DNA of 64,000 bases from an uncultured Gammaproteobacteria bacterium (lineage in GTDB: Bacteria; Pseudomonadota; Gammaproteobacteria; UBA9214), in the NCBI GenBank assembly GCA_963763115.1, contig CAVXNM010000058.1:7856-71855 (forward strand), given 5' to 3'. A program made the translations under genes and the position numbers. Below, piece by piece: positions 46,193-54,330 of this stretch. Under the pieces are notes generated by a model. That model was given only the letters and a program-made list of their open reading frames with translations, did no database searches and was not told the DNA's origin. Numbering within the stretch: position 1 is the stretch's first letter; each line of letters starts with the position of its first letter.

Positions 46193-46644
46193 AGGCGCCG
46201 TTACAGATCAGGCTAATCGAGCCGGCGACTCCCGCTGAATTCCAGCAATACTACGAGCTACGCTGGAAGACGCTGCGCGCCCCCTGGAACCAGCCCCGCG
46301 GCAGCGAAACAGACCCCCTCGACGCCGCCGGCACTCACCTCATGGCCGTCGATCCCGGACAATGCGTTCTGGGTGTCGGGCGGCTGCATTTCAGCACCAT
46401 AGGCGAGGCCCGGATCCGCTACATGGGCGTGGCTACGGAACACCGGCGCAGGGGTATCGGCACGCTGATACTGCGCGGTCTGGAAGAGAAAGCCCTCAGG
46501 CTGGGTGCCACGCGTATCGTACTCGATGCCCGTGAGGTGGCGCTCGGCTTCTACCGAAAACACGACTACGTGGCGACCGGACCCGGTCCCATGCTATTCA
46601 AGCGCATCGCCCACGTAAGAATGGAAAAGCAGGTTAACCGGTAA
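46189..46644 (+). CDS. GNAT family N-acetyltransferase (start codon uncertain)
   Basis: Acetyl-CoA motif VATEHRRRGIGTLIL. The homologous N-terminus IRLIEPATPAEFQQYYELRWKTLRAPWNQP lies upstream of the first ATG (46342). That upstream stretch has no in-frame ATG/GTG/TTG after the stop at 46123. CTG 46189 overlaps the upstream stop codon (CTGA). Confidence 0.55.
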   Translation: MKAPLQIRLIEPATPAEFQQYYELRWKTLRAPWNQPRGSETDPLDAAGTHLMAVDPGQCVLGVGRLHFSTIGEARIRYMGVATEHRRRGIGTLILRGLEEKALRLGATRIVLDAREVALGFYRKHDYVATGPGPMLFKRIAHVRMEKQVNR

Positions 46645-46684
46645 CCCACTCAGCCCCGTCAGCAGAACCTCCGGACCGGAGGAC

Positions 46685-47008
46685 TCAGTCCGTGATCAAC
46701 TCGGATTCCAGCATTTCACCGTTCGTGTCGATGCGGATTCCCTGCACACCCGGAATGCGTGCGAGGATGTAGGCGGACAGCAGCACCATCATGCGTTCAT
46801 TGTTGTTATGCATGGCGGTCAGCATCCTGTCTCCGATAATCTGGCAGCGTTGCAACTGGTCGGGGTTGTCCACCCAGTCCCGGCTCATCTGCCAACCCTT
46901 GTCCATGTCCTTGTCGATCGTGCTGAAAAAGTCCTCGCCATCCCTCACGATGTCATCCGGGACCCTGACGGGATAGGTTTGATCATCAACGACAACTTTC
47001 AATATCAT
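46685..47008 (-). CDS. hypothetical protein (107 aa)
   Basis: ORF with coding-like composition. No family recognised. Confidence 0.45.
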   Translation of the reverse strand: MILKVVVDDQTYPVRVPDDIVRDGEDFFSTIDKDMDKGWQMSRDWVDNPDQLQRCQIIGDRMLTAMHNNNERMMVLLSAYILARIPGVQGIRIDTNGEMLESELITD

Positions 47009-47091
47009 GCGTCCGGCCTTATGCTCTGGTTTTCAAATGGATTGACCATTCATCTTACCCCATCCGCCTGTTGACTTGCAGGGGTACCGAC

Positions 47092-47763
47092 ATGCTTACC
47101 CGACTGAGCAATGTGCTTGACCCCGACCGGATCGAGGACGCCAGGAAACTCGTGGCCGGCGGGCAGTTCGTAAAAGGCGTCCTGTCCGCCGGCATGGCGG
47201 CACGGCGCGTCAAGCACAACCAGGAACTCGCCGTCGATGAACGGGTGCTGCGGCAGCTGAACAATCTGGTCATGGGCAGTCTGGTGAGGCATCCGGTCTA
47301 TCGCAGCGCCACACTGCCCCTGAAGGTGGCCGCACCCTATTACGCCCGCTACTCGGCCGGGATGTCCTACGGAAATCATGTCGATGACCCGATCATGGGA
47401 GAGGGTAACCTCTACCGTTCTGATATCTCCGTCACGATCTTTCTCTCCGGTCCGGACGACTACGACGGCGGCGAACTTGTCATCCAGACCCCGTTCGGCG
47501 AACAGTTCGTCAAACTTCCCGCCGGTGACGCGGTAATCTATCCCTCGTCCAGCGTTCACCGCGTGGCCGAGGTCACCCGTGGCGAGCGCATCGTCGCCGT
47601 CAGCTGGATCCAGAGCATGATACGGGACCCCGACAAACGCGCCCTGCTGCACGAACTCAACCAGGCACGGGAAAAGCTGCTGCACGACAATCCGGATGCC
47701 GAGGAAACCAGCCGGGTCAACCACGCCTACATCAATCTGGTGCGCATGTGGTCGGAGATTTGA
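47092..47763 (+). CDS. PKHD-type Fe(II)/2OG hydroxylase (PiuC/YbiX-like)
   Basis: MLTRLSNVLDP.. start, triad HVDD ... SSSVHRV, RIVAVSWIQS; about 223 aa. Confidence 0.8.
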   Translation: MLTRLSNVLDPDRIEDARKLVAGGQFVKGVLSAGMAARRVKHNQELAVDERVLRQLNNLVMGSLVRHPVYRSATLPLKVAAPYYARYSAGMSYGNHVDDPIMGEGNLYRSDISVTIFLSGPDDYDGGELVIQTPFGEQFVKLPAGDAVIYPSSSVHRVAEVTRGERIVAVSWIQSMIRDPDKRALLHELNQAREKLLHDNPDAEETSRVNHAYINLVRMWSEI

Positions 47764-47774
47764 GCGATTGACAT

Positions 47775-47807
47775 AAAAAAGCCGCGAGCCCAGGCGCGCG
47801 GCTTTTT
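47775..47807. terminator. bidirectional rho-independent terminator
   Basis: AAAAAA-GCCGCG..CGCGGC-TTTTT between convergent genes. Confidence 0.75.
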
Positions 47808-47835
47808 CTATTTTTCTTATAGAGAAGCAGGTCGG

Positions 47836-48039
47836 TTAACGGTGCGAACCCTTCTCCGCATGAGCCATGTCGACCAGCTTCATAGCCATTTCCATGTACT
47901 GCTGGCGAAAATGATACAAAGGATGACCTTCCTTGCCGACAAAATAGTCTTCCATATCGACACCGTTCTGGTGTTCATAGTCGATGAACTTTTTCTGCAT
48001 TTCCATCATCTTCTTGATGAGTTCCTGCTTCTCACTCAT
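47836..48039 (-). CDS. small hypothetical protein (67 aa, Met/Lys/Glu-rich)
   Basis: GGAGAA SD 6 nt upstream. Visibly more AT-rich than its surroundings. No family recognised. Confidence 0.5.
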   Translation of the reverse strand: MSEKQELIKKMMEMQKKFIDYEHQNGVDMEDYFVGKEGHPLYHFRQQYMEMAMKLVDMAHAEKGSHR

Positions 48040-48148
48040 GACCTATTCTCCAGGATACGTATGAATTCACGAAATTATTCTTGAGATGCGGGGAAATATA
48101 ACCCTTGAGATATGCCGAGTGTATATCCCGAATGGGTTGCCTGCCGGA

Positions 48149-48487
48149 TCAATATCCGCCCTTGCGCATGCTTTCCGGCAACCCGCCGATGCGGCCGGCC
48201 TGCTTGCTCGGATTTCCCGGGAACAGGTCAAACAACATCTTTGAGGTCACCTTCTTGCCCCATTTTTCGCCCATATCCTTGAGCATGGTCCGGTTGTTGG
48301 GTTGATTCCCGTTATGGTTGATATATTCATCACGCAAATAGTTGATAACGTCCCAGTGTTCCTTGGTGAGGGAAATCCCTTCCTGTCCGGCGATCACTTC
48401 GGCAACCGCTTCATTCCAGTCATCCAGGCTGATCAGAAATCCGGTTTCGGTTACATTAATCTGTTTTCCATCAACGACGACTTCCAT
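48149..48487 (-). CDS. TusE/DsrC/DsvC-family protein lacking both conserved cysteines (RspA-type)
   Basis: 112 aa, contains no Cys at all. Aligns with the bona fide DsrC of this window: HWDVINYLRDEY vs HWEVINFLREYY, and LFDLFPGNPSKQAGRIGGLPESMRKGGY vs LYELFPYGPAKQACKYAGLPKPTGCV. Confidence 0.8.
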   Translation of the reverse strand: MEVVVDGKQINVTETGFLISLDDWNEAVAEVIAGQEGISLTKEHWDVINYLRDEYINHNGNQPNNRTMLKDMGEKWGKKVTSKMLFDLFPGNPSKQAGRIGGLPESMRKGGY

Positions 48488-48665
48488 CGGGTCCTCCTAA
48501 CAGTTATCTCGATAAGAAAAATCTGGCAACCCATTAATTCCCGCGGGAGCGAAAACCGCAAATTTTGCCGTCATGGGGTGAAAAGACAACCCCCCGGTCG
48601 GGATAAATGCCCTAATCAACATCCTGTTTTACCGGCTTGATGCCCTTGTGTGGGATAAACAGGCC

Positions 48666-48860
48666 CTAGGGTTTCTGTGCCGTGGAAAACGCCGCTTCCA
48701 GGCGGTCCTCCCAGTCTTCCGGTGTGTCCGGGAAGGGCGGACGGACATCCATGCGGAAAAACACTTCGCCGTCGCGCGCGCGCGCCTTGACGGCTTCCGT
48801 CAAGGCCACGAAGGAATCGAGGTCGTAGCCTTGTATCAACATTTCACTCAACCAGAGCAT
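48666..48860 (-). CDS. small hypothetical protein (64 aa)
   Basis: ATG 48860 overlaps the last 13 nt of the TauD-like gene, with GGAG 7 nt upstream. No family recognised. Confidence 0.35.
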   Translation of the reverse strand: MLWLSEMLIQGYDLDSFVALTEAVKARARDGEVFFRMDVRPPFPDTPEDWEDRLEAAFSTAQKP

Positions 48861-49810
48861 GGCCGGACTCCTGACCAGATCGTGTTCAATTCGGTGCCGC
48901 GTATCCGATCATAGTAACGGGCACGGTAGAGCAGTCGGGTGCGCCGGTTCGCCGGGTCATCCGCAAACGCCTCCCGCTTGTGAAGGACATTATTGCAGAT
49001 TATGCCCTCCCCCGGTTGCAGGCGGTATCGAAACAGAAAGTCCGATTCACCCGCGAGCAGTTCGGCCAGAAACCCAACCGCCATGCGGGTATTGCGATCA
49101 TCTTTCCAGGCAATACTGCGGGTACGCGCCGTATAGCGCATATGGAGTGATCCGGTACCAGGTTCCACGGAAAACACCGGACCGCTCTGCGCCGGGCGTA
49201 TTTCCACACCGGCCTCGGTATTGGCGGGAATGGTCATGGCATCCAGCTGCATCAGTGCGGCCAGATAGTCCGGATTCTCGTCGCGCAGCAGCAGGTAGGC
49301 CATTTCATGGTCCAGGTAAACATTCTCGCCGCCTTCCGCCGCATCGGATACACAGTGCAGCACCACACCCCTGACCTGCTCGTCGGGTGTGTTGTAATAG
49401 CCGTCGGTATGCCAGTTGAGGGGCCGGTTGGTATAGGGTATGTAGTACGTGCCGCTCGTCTCCGGCACTACTGTGAGCGAGGTGATGCTGTCCTCATCCG
49501 CACGCAGGTTTCTGTCCAGTCGCACCAGACCGAACTGGCGACCCAGCGTACCCACCAGTTCCTTGTCGGCGAAATCACCGGCGGAAATCCGGTATATGGC
49601 AGTATTCGCCTTCTGGCAGCGGCTCAGTAGGGCCAGCTTCTCCGCCGGGCTGAGCCGGAAGGGATTCGTGACGCTGACGACCAGGTCTTCGGCCGCGTTT
49701 GGATAGTCAGAAAGTTTCCACTCGCGCCAGCACTGATAGGCCCGTTCATCGGTGAGATCGAAAGGGCGAGTGGTCGCGGGAGACTGCAAGTTGGTGATGG
49801 AATCAGACAT
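48848..49810 (-). CDS. TauD/TfdA-family Fe(II)/2OG dioxygenase
   Basis: 320 aa; triad as NWHTDGYY ... NNVLHKRE, with Arg in LLYRARY. Confidence 0.7.
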   Translation of the reverse strand: MSDSITNLQSPATTRPFDLTDERAYQCWREWKLSDYPNAAEDLVVSVTNPFRLSPAEKLALLSRCQKANTAIYRISAGDFADKELVGTLGRQFGLVRLDRNLRADEDSITSLTVVPETSGTYYIPYTNRPLNWHTDGYYNTPDEQVRGVVLHCVSDAAEGGENVYLDHEMAYLLLRDENPDYLAALMQLDAMTIPANTEAGVEIRPAQSGPVFSVEPGTGSLHMRYTARTRSIAWKDDRNTRMAVGFLAELLAGESDFLFRYRLQPGEGIICNNVLHKREAFADDPANRRTRLLYRARYYDRIRGTELNTIWSGVRPCSG

Positions 49811-50032
49811 CGGGCGCTTCGAGCCTGTAAGCAGGCTGCACAGTTATAACACGATTACAATCGATTTATTACACAGGGATACGGGCAAGCGGCAGACAGA
49901 TACATTGATGCGAAACATTCTCACTGGCAGGGTATAAGAACGACTCAGAGAACCATGGAGGATACACAAAGTCAGCTCAAGTGCCCGTCTTCATGAGAAA
50001 AAGTTATGGACGCATCAGAACTGAGGGGTATT

Positions 50033-50060
50033 TTGATAACTGCTAGAATTTGAATAGTAT
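50033..50060 (+). promoter_or_regulatory. candidate sigma-70 promoter upstream of dsrA
   Basis: TTGATA (50033-50038), 16-nt spacer, TAGTAT (50055-50060); would give a leader of about 230 nt. Pattern match only. Confidence 0.2.
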
Positions 50061-50292
50061 TTTTTCCAATATCCATTTCGGGATACGACGTTATGTCCCT
50101 GCCATCCCATGGGTAAGATATGCTCGTTCATGGGTCACATCTAGAATTTCGGTACTGAACGGAAGGGCGTTTTCAATCCAGCCCTTAAGTTCCTGATTTC
50201 CAGCTGCCTGAAGGATATGCAGGCAAGCACTCGCGAGAAGCACGTATCCATTTCAATCACGGTGTATGCAGAAAACAACCCAGGAGATCTCC

Positions 50293-51558
50293 ATGGCTAA
50301 AGACACCCACCCCACACCAATGCTCGATGACCTGGAAAACGGCCCCTGGCCCAGTTTCATTTCAGGCATCAAGCGGCTGCGTGACAAGCACCCCGACAAG
50401 CGCATCAACGAAATGACCAACAGTCTCCTCGGGCAGCTTGAACATTCCTATGAAACCCGCAAGGGTTACTGGAAAGGCGGCACCGTGAGCGTGTACGGCT
50501 ATGGCGGCGGCATCATCCCGCGCTTCTCCGAGGTCGGCAAGGCCTTCCCCGAGTCCAAGGAATTCCACACCCTGCGCGTGCAACCGCCGGCGGGCAATTT
50601 CTACAGCACCGCCATGCTGCGCCAGCTCGGCGACAGCTGGGAAAAATACGGTTCCGGCCTGGTGACCTTCCACGGGCAAACAGGCAACATTATGTTCATC
50701 GGCGCCACCACCGAAAACACCCAGCATTTCTTCGACGAGATCAATGAATACGGCTGGGACCTGGGTGGTGCCGGCCCGTGTGTGCGCACCGCCATGTCCT
50801 GCGTGGGCGGTGCGCGTTGCGAGATGTCCTGCGCGCATGAGCACGGAATCCATCGTCACCTGGTCAACAACTTTACCGATGACGTGCACCGTCCGGCCCT
50901 GCCCTACAAGTTCAAGTTCAAGGTATCCGGGTGTCCGAACGACTGCCAGAATGCCATCGAGCGCTCCGACTTTGCCGTGATCGGCACCTGGCGTGACGAC
51001 ATGAAGGTCAATCAGGACGAGATCAAGAACTACATCAAAAAGAAGGGCCGCCAATACATCCTTGAAAATGTCATCGCGCGCTGCCCGACCCAGGCCATCT
51101 CGCTCACCGACAAGGACGAATTCGTCGTCGACAACCACAACTGCGTGCGTTGCATGCACTGCCTGAACGTCATGCCCAAGGCGCTGCACCCGGGAGACGA
51201 CAAGGGTGTCACCATCCTCATCGGTGGCAAGCGCACCCTGAAGATCGGCGACCTCATGGGTACCGTCGTGGTGCCTTTCATGAAACTCGAAACCGAGGAA
51301 GACTACGAACGGATAACAGAAATGGCCGAAGAGATCATCGATTTCTGGGCCGAGAACGGCCTGGAGCATGAGCGTACCGGCGAGATGATCGAGCGCATCG
51401 GTCTGGTGAATTTCCTCGAAGGCATCGGCATCGATGTCGATCCGCACATGGTCAATTACCCGCGCCAGTCCTCCTATATCCGCATGGATGGCTGGGACGA
51501 AGAGGCCGAAAAATGGTTCGATAGAAAGCGCGAAGAAAAACAGGCGGCTTCCGCATAA
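50293..51558 (+). CDS. dsrA: dissimilatory sulfite reductase (reverse-type) alpha subunit
   Basis: 421 aa from MAKDTHPTPMLDDLENGPWPSF (AGGAG 7 nt upstream). Siroheme/[4Fe-4S] Cys cluster SCVGGARCEMSC and ferredoxin insert CPNDC..CPTQAIS..CVRCMHC. Confidence 0.95.
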   Translation: MAKDTHPTPMLDDLENGPWPSFISGIKRLRDKHPDKRINEMTNSLLGQLEHSYETRKGYWKGGTVSVYGYGGGIIPRFSEVGKAFPESKEFHTLRVQPPAGNFYSTAMLRQLGDSWEKYGSGLVTFHGQTGNIMFIGATTENTQHFFDEINEYGWDLGGAGPCVRTAMSCVGGARCEMSCAHEHGIHRHLVNNFTDDVHRPALPYKFKFKVSGCPNDCQNAIERSDFAVIGTWRDDMKVNQDEIKNYIKKKGRQYILENVIARCPTQAISLTDKDEFVVDNHNCVRCMHCLNVMPKALHPGDDKGVTILIGGKRTLKIGDLMGTVVVPFMKLETEEDYERITEMAEEIIDFWAENGLEHERTGEMIERIGLVNFLEGIGIDVDPHMVNYPRQSSYIRMDGWDEEAEKWFDRKREEKQAASA

Positions 51559-51639
51559 CGACCCGGTAACAACATGACGGATCCCGGTATTCGAGTCACC
51601 GGGACCCGTTCACTAACGACAGAATTTCAGGAGAGTCAC

Positions 51640-52713
51640 ATGGCACAAGAAATGCGATCGCCGATCGAATCGGGATGTCCTGACGGTTTTCAGTACATGC
51701 ATCCGGTGATGCGTAGGAATTACGGTCAGTGGGCTTATCACGAGGACCCGCGCCCGGGCGTGCTGGTGCATGTCGCCCACAGCGGTGAGAAGATCTGGAC
51801 GGTCCGCGCCGGCACCCAGCGCATTCTGGATATTTTCACATTGCGCGAACTGTGCGACATCGGCGACAAGTTCGGCGAGGGTTATGTCCACTTCACCATC
51901 CGCAGCAATATCGAATACCTGGTGTCGGACGAAGCCAAGGTAGCGCCGCTGATCAAGGCACTGGAAGATGCCGGCTACGTGGTCGGCGGCACCCGCAATT
52001 CGGTCGCCATGATTTCCCATACCCAGGGCTGGCTGCACTGCGACATCCCCGGCACCGACGCTTCCGGCGTTGTGAAGTCCATGATGGACGAACTGATCGA
52101 TGAGTTCAAAGGCTGGAATATGCCGAACCGTGTGCACATGACCACCTCCTGCTGTCAGATCAACTGCGGCGGCCAGGGCGACATCGCCATCAATGTGCAG
52201 CACACCAAGCCGCCCAAGATCAACCACGACCTGGTAGCCAATGTATGTGAGCGGCCCTCGGTGGTCGCGCGCTGCCCGGTCGCGGCCATCCGTCCGGCGC
52301 TGGTCAACGGCAAGCCTTCACTGGAAGTGGATGAGAAGAAATGTATCTGCTGCGGCGCCTGTTACCCGCCCTGCCCGCCCATGCAGATCAACGATGCCGA
52401 ACATTCGAAGCTTTCGATCTGGGTTGGCGGCAACCACTCCAATGCCCGTGGCAAGCCGACGTTCCAGAAGCTGGTGGCCTCCGGCATCCCGAACAATCCG
52501 CCTCGCTGGCCGGAAGCCACCGCTGTGGTGAAAGGTATCCTCAAGGCCTACAAGGAAAACGCCAAGGACTGGGAACGCATGAACGACTGGATCGAGCGCA
52601 TCGGCTGGCCGCGGTTCTTCGAGGTGACCGGACTGCCGTTCACCAAGTACCACATCGACAACTGGCGTGGCGCCCGTGCGAGTCTGAACGCGTCCACCCA
52701 TATCCGCTTCTGA
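51640..52713 (+). CDS. dsrB: dissimilatory sulfite reductase (reverse-type) beta subunit
   Basis: 357 aa from MAQEMRSPIESGCPDGF; TTSCCQINCGGQGD and CPVAAIRP..KKCICCGACYPPCP clusters. Confidence 0.95.
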   Translation: MAQEMRSPIESGCPDGFQYMHPVMRRNYGQWAYHEDPRPGVLVHVAHSGEKIWTVRAGTQRILDIFTLRELCDIGDKFGEGYVHFTIRSNIEYLVSDEAKVAPLIKALEDAGYVVGGTRNSVAMISHTQGWLHCDIPGTDASGVVKSMMDELIDEFKGWNMPNRVHMTTSCCQINCGGQGDIAINVQHTKPPKINHDLVANVCERPSVVARCPVAAIRPALVNGKPSLEVDEKKCICCGACYPPCPPMQINDAEHSKLSIWVGGNHSNARGKPTFQKLVASGIPNNPPRWPEATAVVKGILKAYKENAKDWERMNDWIERIGWPRFFEVTGLPFTKYHIDNWRGARASLNASTHIRF

Positions 52714-52742
52714 TTGCAACCGTATTACAAGGAGTCAACCGC

Positions 52743-53135
52743 ATGAAGCTAGCAGTTATGGTCAACGAAGGGCCGTATCAGCACCAGTCGGCCGACAGTG
52801 CCTACCAGTTCACCAAGGCCGCACTGGACAAGGGCCATGAGATCTCACGGGTGTTTTTCTACCATGACGGCGTCAACAACGGCACGCGCTATGCTGTGCC
52901 GCCACAGGATGACCGCAATATCACCCAGCTGTGGTCAGAACTGTCCAAGAAACACAGCCTTGATCTGGTGGTCTGTGTTGCTGCCGCCCAGCGTCGCGGC
53001 ATCCTGGATGCCGATGAAGCCAAGCGGCATGGCAAGTCGGGAGATAACATCGCAGACGGATTTCGAATCTCCGGTCTCGGACAATTGATCGAGGCAGGTA
53101 TTCAGGCAGACCGTCTGGTCGTCTTCGGCGATTAG
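52743..53135 (+). CDS. dsrE: sulfurtransferase complex subunit DsrE
   Basis: 130 aa; MKLAVMVNEGPYQHQ.., active-site Cys in LVVCVAAAQRRG. AAGGAG SD. Confidence 0.9.
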   Translation: MKLAVMVNEGPYQHQSADSAYQFTKAALDKGHEISRVFFYHDGVNNGTRYAVPPQDDRNITQLWSELSKKHSLDLVVCVAAAQRRGILDADEAKRHGKSGDNIADGFRISGLGQLIEAGIQADRLVVFGD

Positions 53136-53148
53136 GGGATAAAAAACC

Positions 53149-53556
53149 ATGTCAGAGATAAAGAAGTTTCTCTATGTAAACCGAAAGGCGCCGTATGGCA
53201 CGATCTACGCGCTGGAGTCGCTCGAAGTGGTTCTGATCGGCGCCGCCTTCGACCAGGATGTCAGCCTGGCATTCGTCGATGACGGTGTCTTCCAGATTGC
53301 CAAGGGTCAGAAGACAACCGAAATAGGCATGAAGAATTTTTCGCCCACCTATTCGGCGCTGGGCGATTACGAAGTTACGAAGATCTACGTCGAAAAGGAG
53401 TCGCTGGAAGAGCGCGGTCTCACGCCGGACAATCTTCTTCACCTCACCTATGAGGACGAAGACGATGACTACGCGGAGAAGGATTCCATCCGTTTCGTCA
53501 CCCGCGCTGAACTCAGCGACATCATGGAACAACAAGACGTTGTATTGAGTTTTTGA
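53149..53556 (+). CDS. dsrF: sulfurtransferase complex subunit DsrF
   Basis: 135 aa; FLYVNRKAPYGTIYALESLEV.. (TusC/DsrF pattern). Position is between dsrE and dsrH. Confidence 0.9.
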   Translation: MSEIKKFLYVNRKAPYGTIYALESLEVVLIGAAFDQDVSLAFVDDGVFQIAKGQKTTEIGMKNFSPTYSALGDYEVTKIYVEKESLEERGLTPDNLLHLTYEDEDDDYAEKDSIRFVTRAELSDIMEQQDVVLSF

Positions 53557-53569
53557 GGAAGCATCGACC

Positions 53570-53875
53570 ATGGCTATGCTGCACACCGTCAATAAATCAC
53601 CCTCCGAACGGAATACCCTTGATTCCTGCCTCAGTCATGCCAAAGCCGGCAGTTCCGTGTTGCTGTTCGAGGACGGCATATACGCCGTCGTCAAGGGAAG
53701 CGCCGCATCCGGCAGGTTACAGAAGGCATCCGGCATTTCCGTTTATGCCCTGGGCCCTGATCTCAAGGCGCGCGGCATAGGCGAGGACCAGATCATCGAG
53801 GGCGTCGCCATCGTTGATTATGGCGGCTTCGTCGATCTCGTCACCCGCCACGAAACCGTACAGTCCTGGCTCTGA
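53570..53875 (+). CDS. dsrH: sulfurtransferase complex subunit DsrH
   Basis: 101 aa; MLHTVNKSP...LDSCL (conserved Cys), TusB/DsrH pattern. Confidence 0.9.
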   Translation: MAMLHTVNKSPSERNTLDSCLSHAKAGSSVLLFEDGIYAVVKGSAASGRLQKASGISVYALGPDLKARGIGEDQIIEGVAIVDYGGFVDLVTRHETVQSWL

Positions 53876-53916
53876 TTTTTTTACGTTAACTAGCGTCATC
53901 CACGAGGAGACCAAAC

Positions 53917-54249
53917 ATGACCATCGAAGTAAACGGTAAAACCTATGAAACCGATGAGGAAGGCTACCTGGCCGACCTGAACCAGTGGGAACCTGAAGTT
54001 GCGACCGTCATGGCCAAGGCTGACGATACCGAGCTGTCGGACGCCCACTGGGAAGTGATCAACTTCCTGCGCGAGTATTACGAGGAATACCAGATCGCAC
54101 CGGCGGTGCGCGTTCTGACCAAGGCCATCGGCAAGAAGCTGGGCAAGGACAAGGGCAACAGCAAGTATCTCTACGAACTGTTCCCCTACGGTCCGGCCAA
54201 GCAGGCCTGTAAATACGCCGGCCTGCCGAAACCGACCGGATGCGTCTAA
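53917..54249 (+). CDS. dsrC: DsrC
   Basis: 110 aa ending PAKQACKYAGLPKPTGCV, with both conserved C-terminal-arm cysteines. Confidence 0.95.
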   Translation: MTIEVNGKTYETDEEGYLADLNQWEPEVATVMAKADDTELSDAHWEVINFLREYYEEYQIAPAVRVLTKAIGKKLGKDKGNSKYLYELFPYGPAKQACKYAGLPKPTGCV

Positions 54250-54261
54250 GCACAGGTGATT

Positions 54262-54287
54262 CTTGCAGAGGGGCAACCCTCTGCAGG
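54262..54287 (+). promoter_or_regulatory. strong stem-loop between dsrC and dsrM (no U-tract)
   Basis: cTTGCAGAGGG-gcaa-CCCTCTGCAgg: 9 perfect bp plus 2 more (one of them a G-U wobble), with a GCAA tetraloop, 13 nt after the dsrC stop. Confidence 0.5.
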
Positions 54288-54330
54288 TAGCCTGCCCCGT
54301 TACAACACTATCGTAAGGGAGTTCAGAAAC

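Noticed and set aside
49955-50060. Mini-ORFs (13-17 codons) in the dsrA leader as possible leader peptides.
   Set aside because: There are no Shine-Dalgarno sequences. There are no runs of regulatory codons. They have no relationship to the hairpins.
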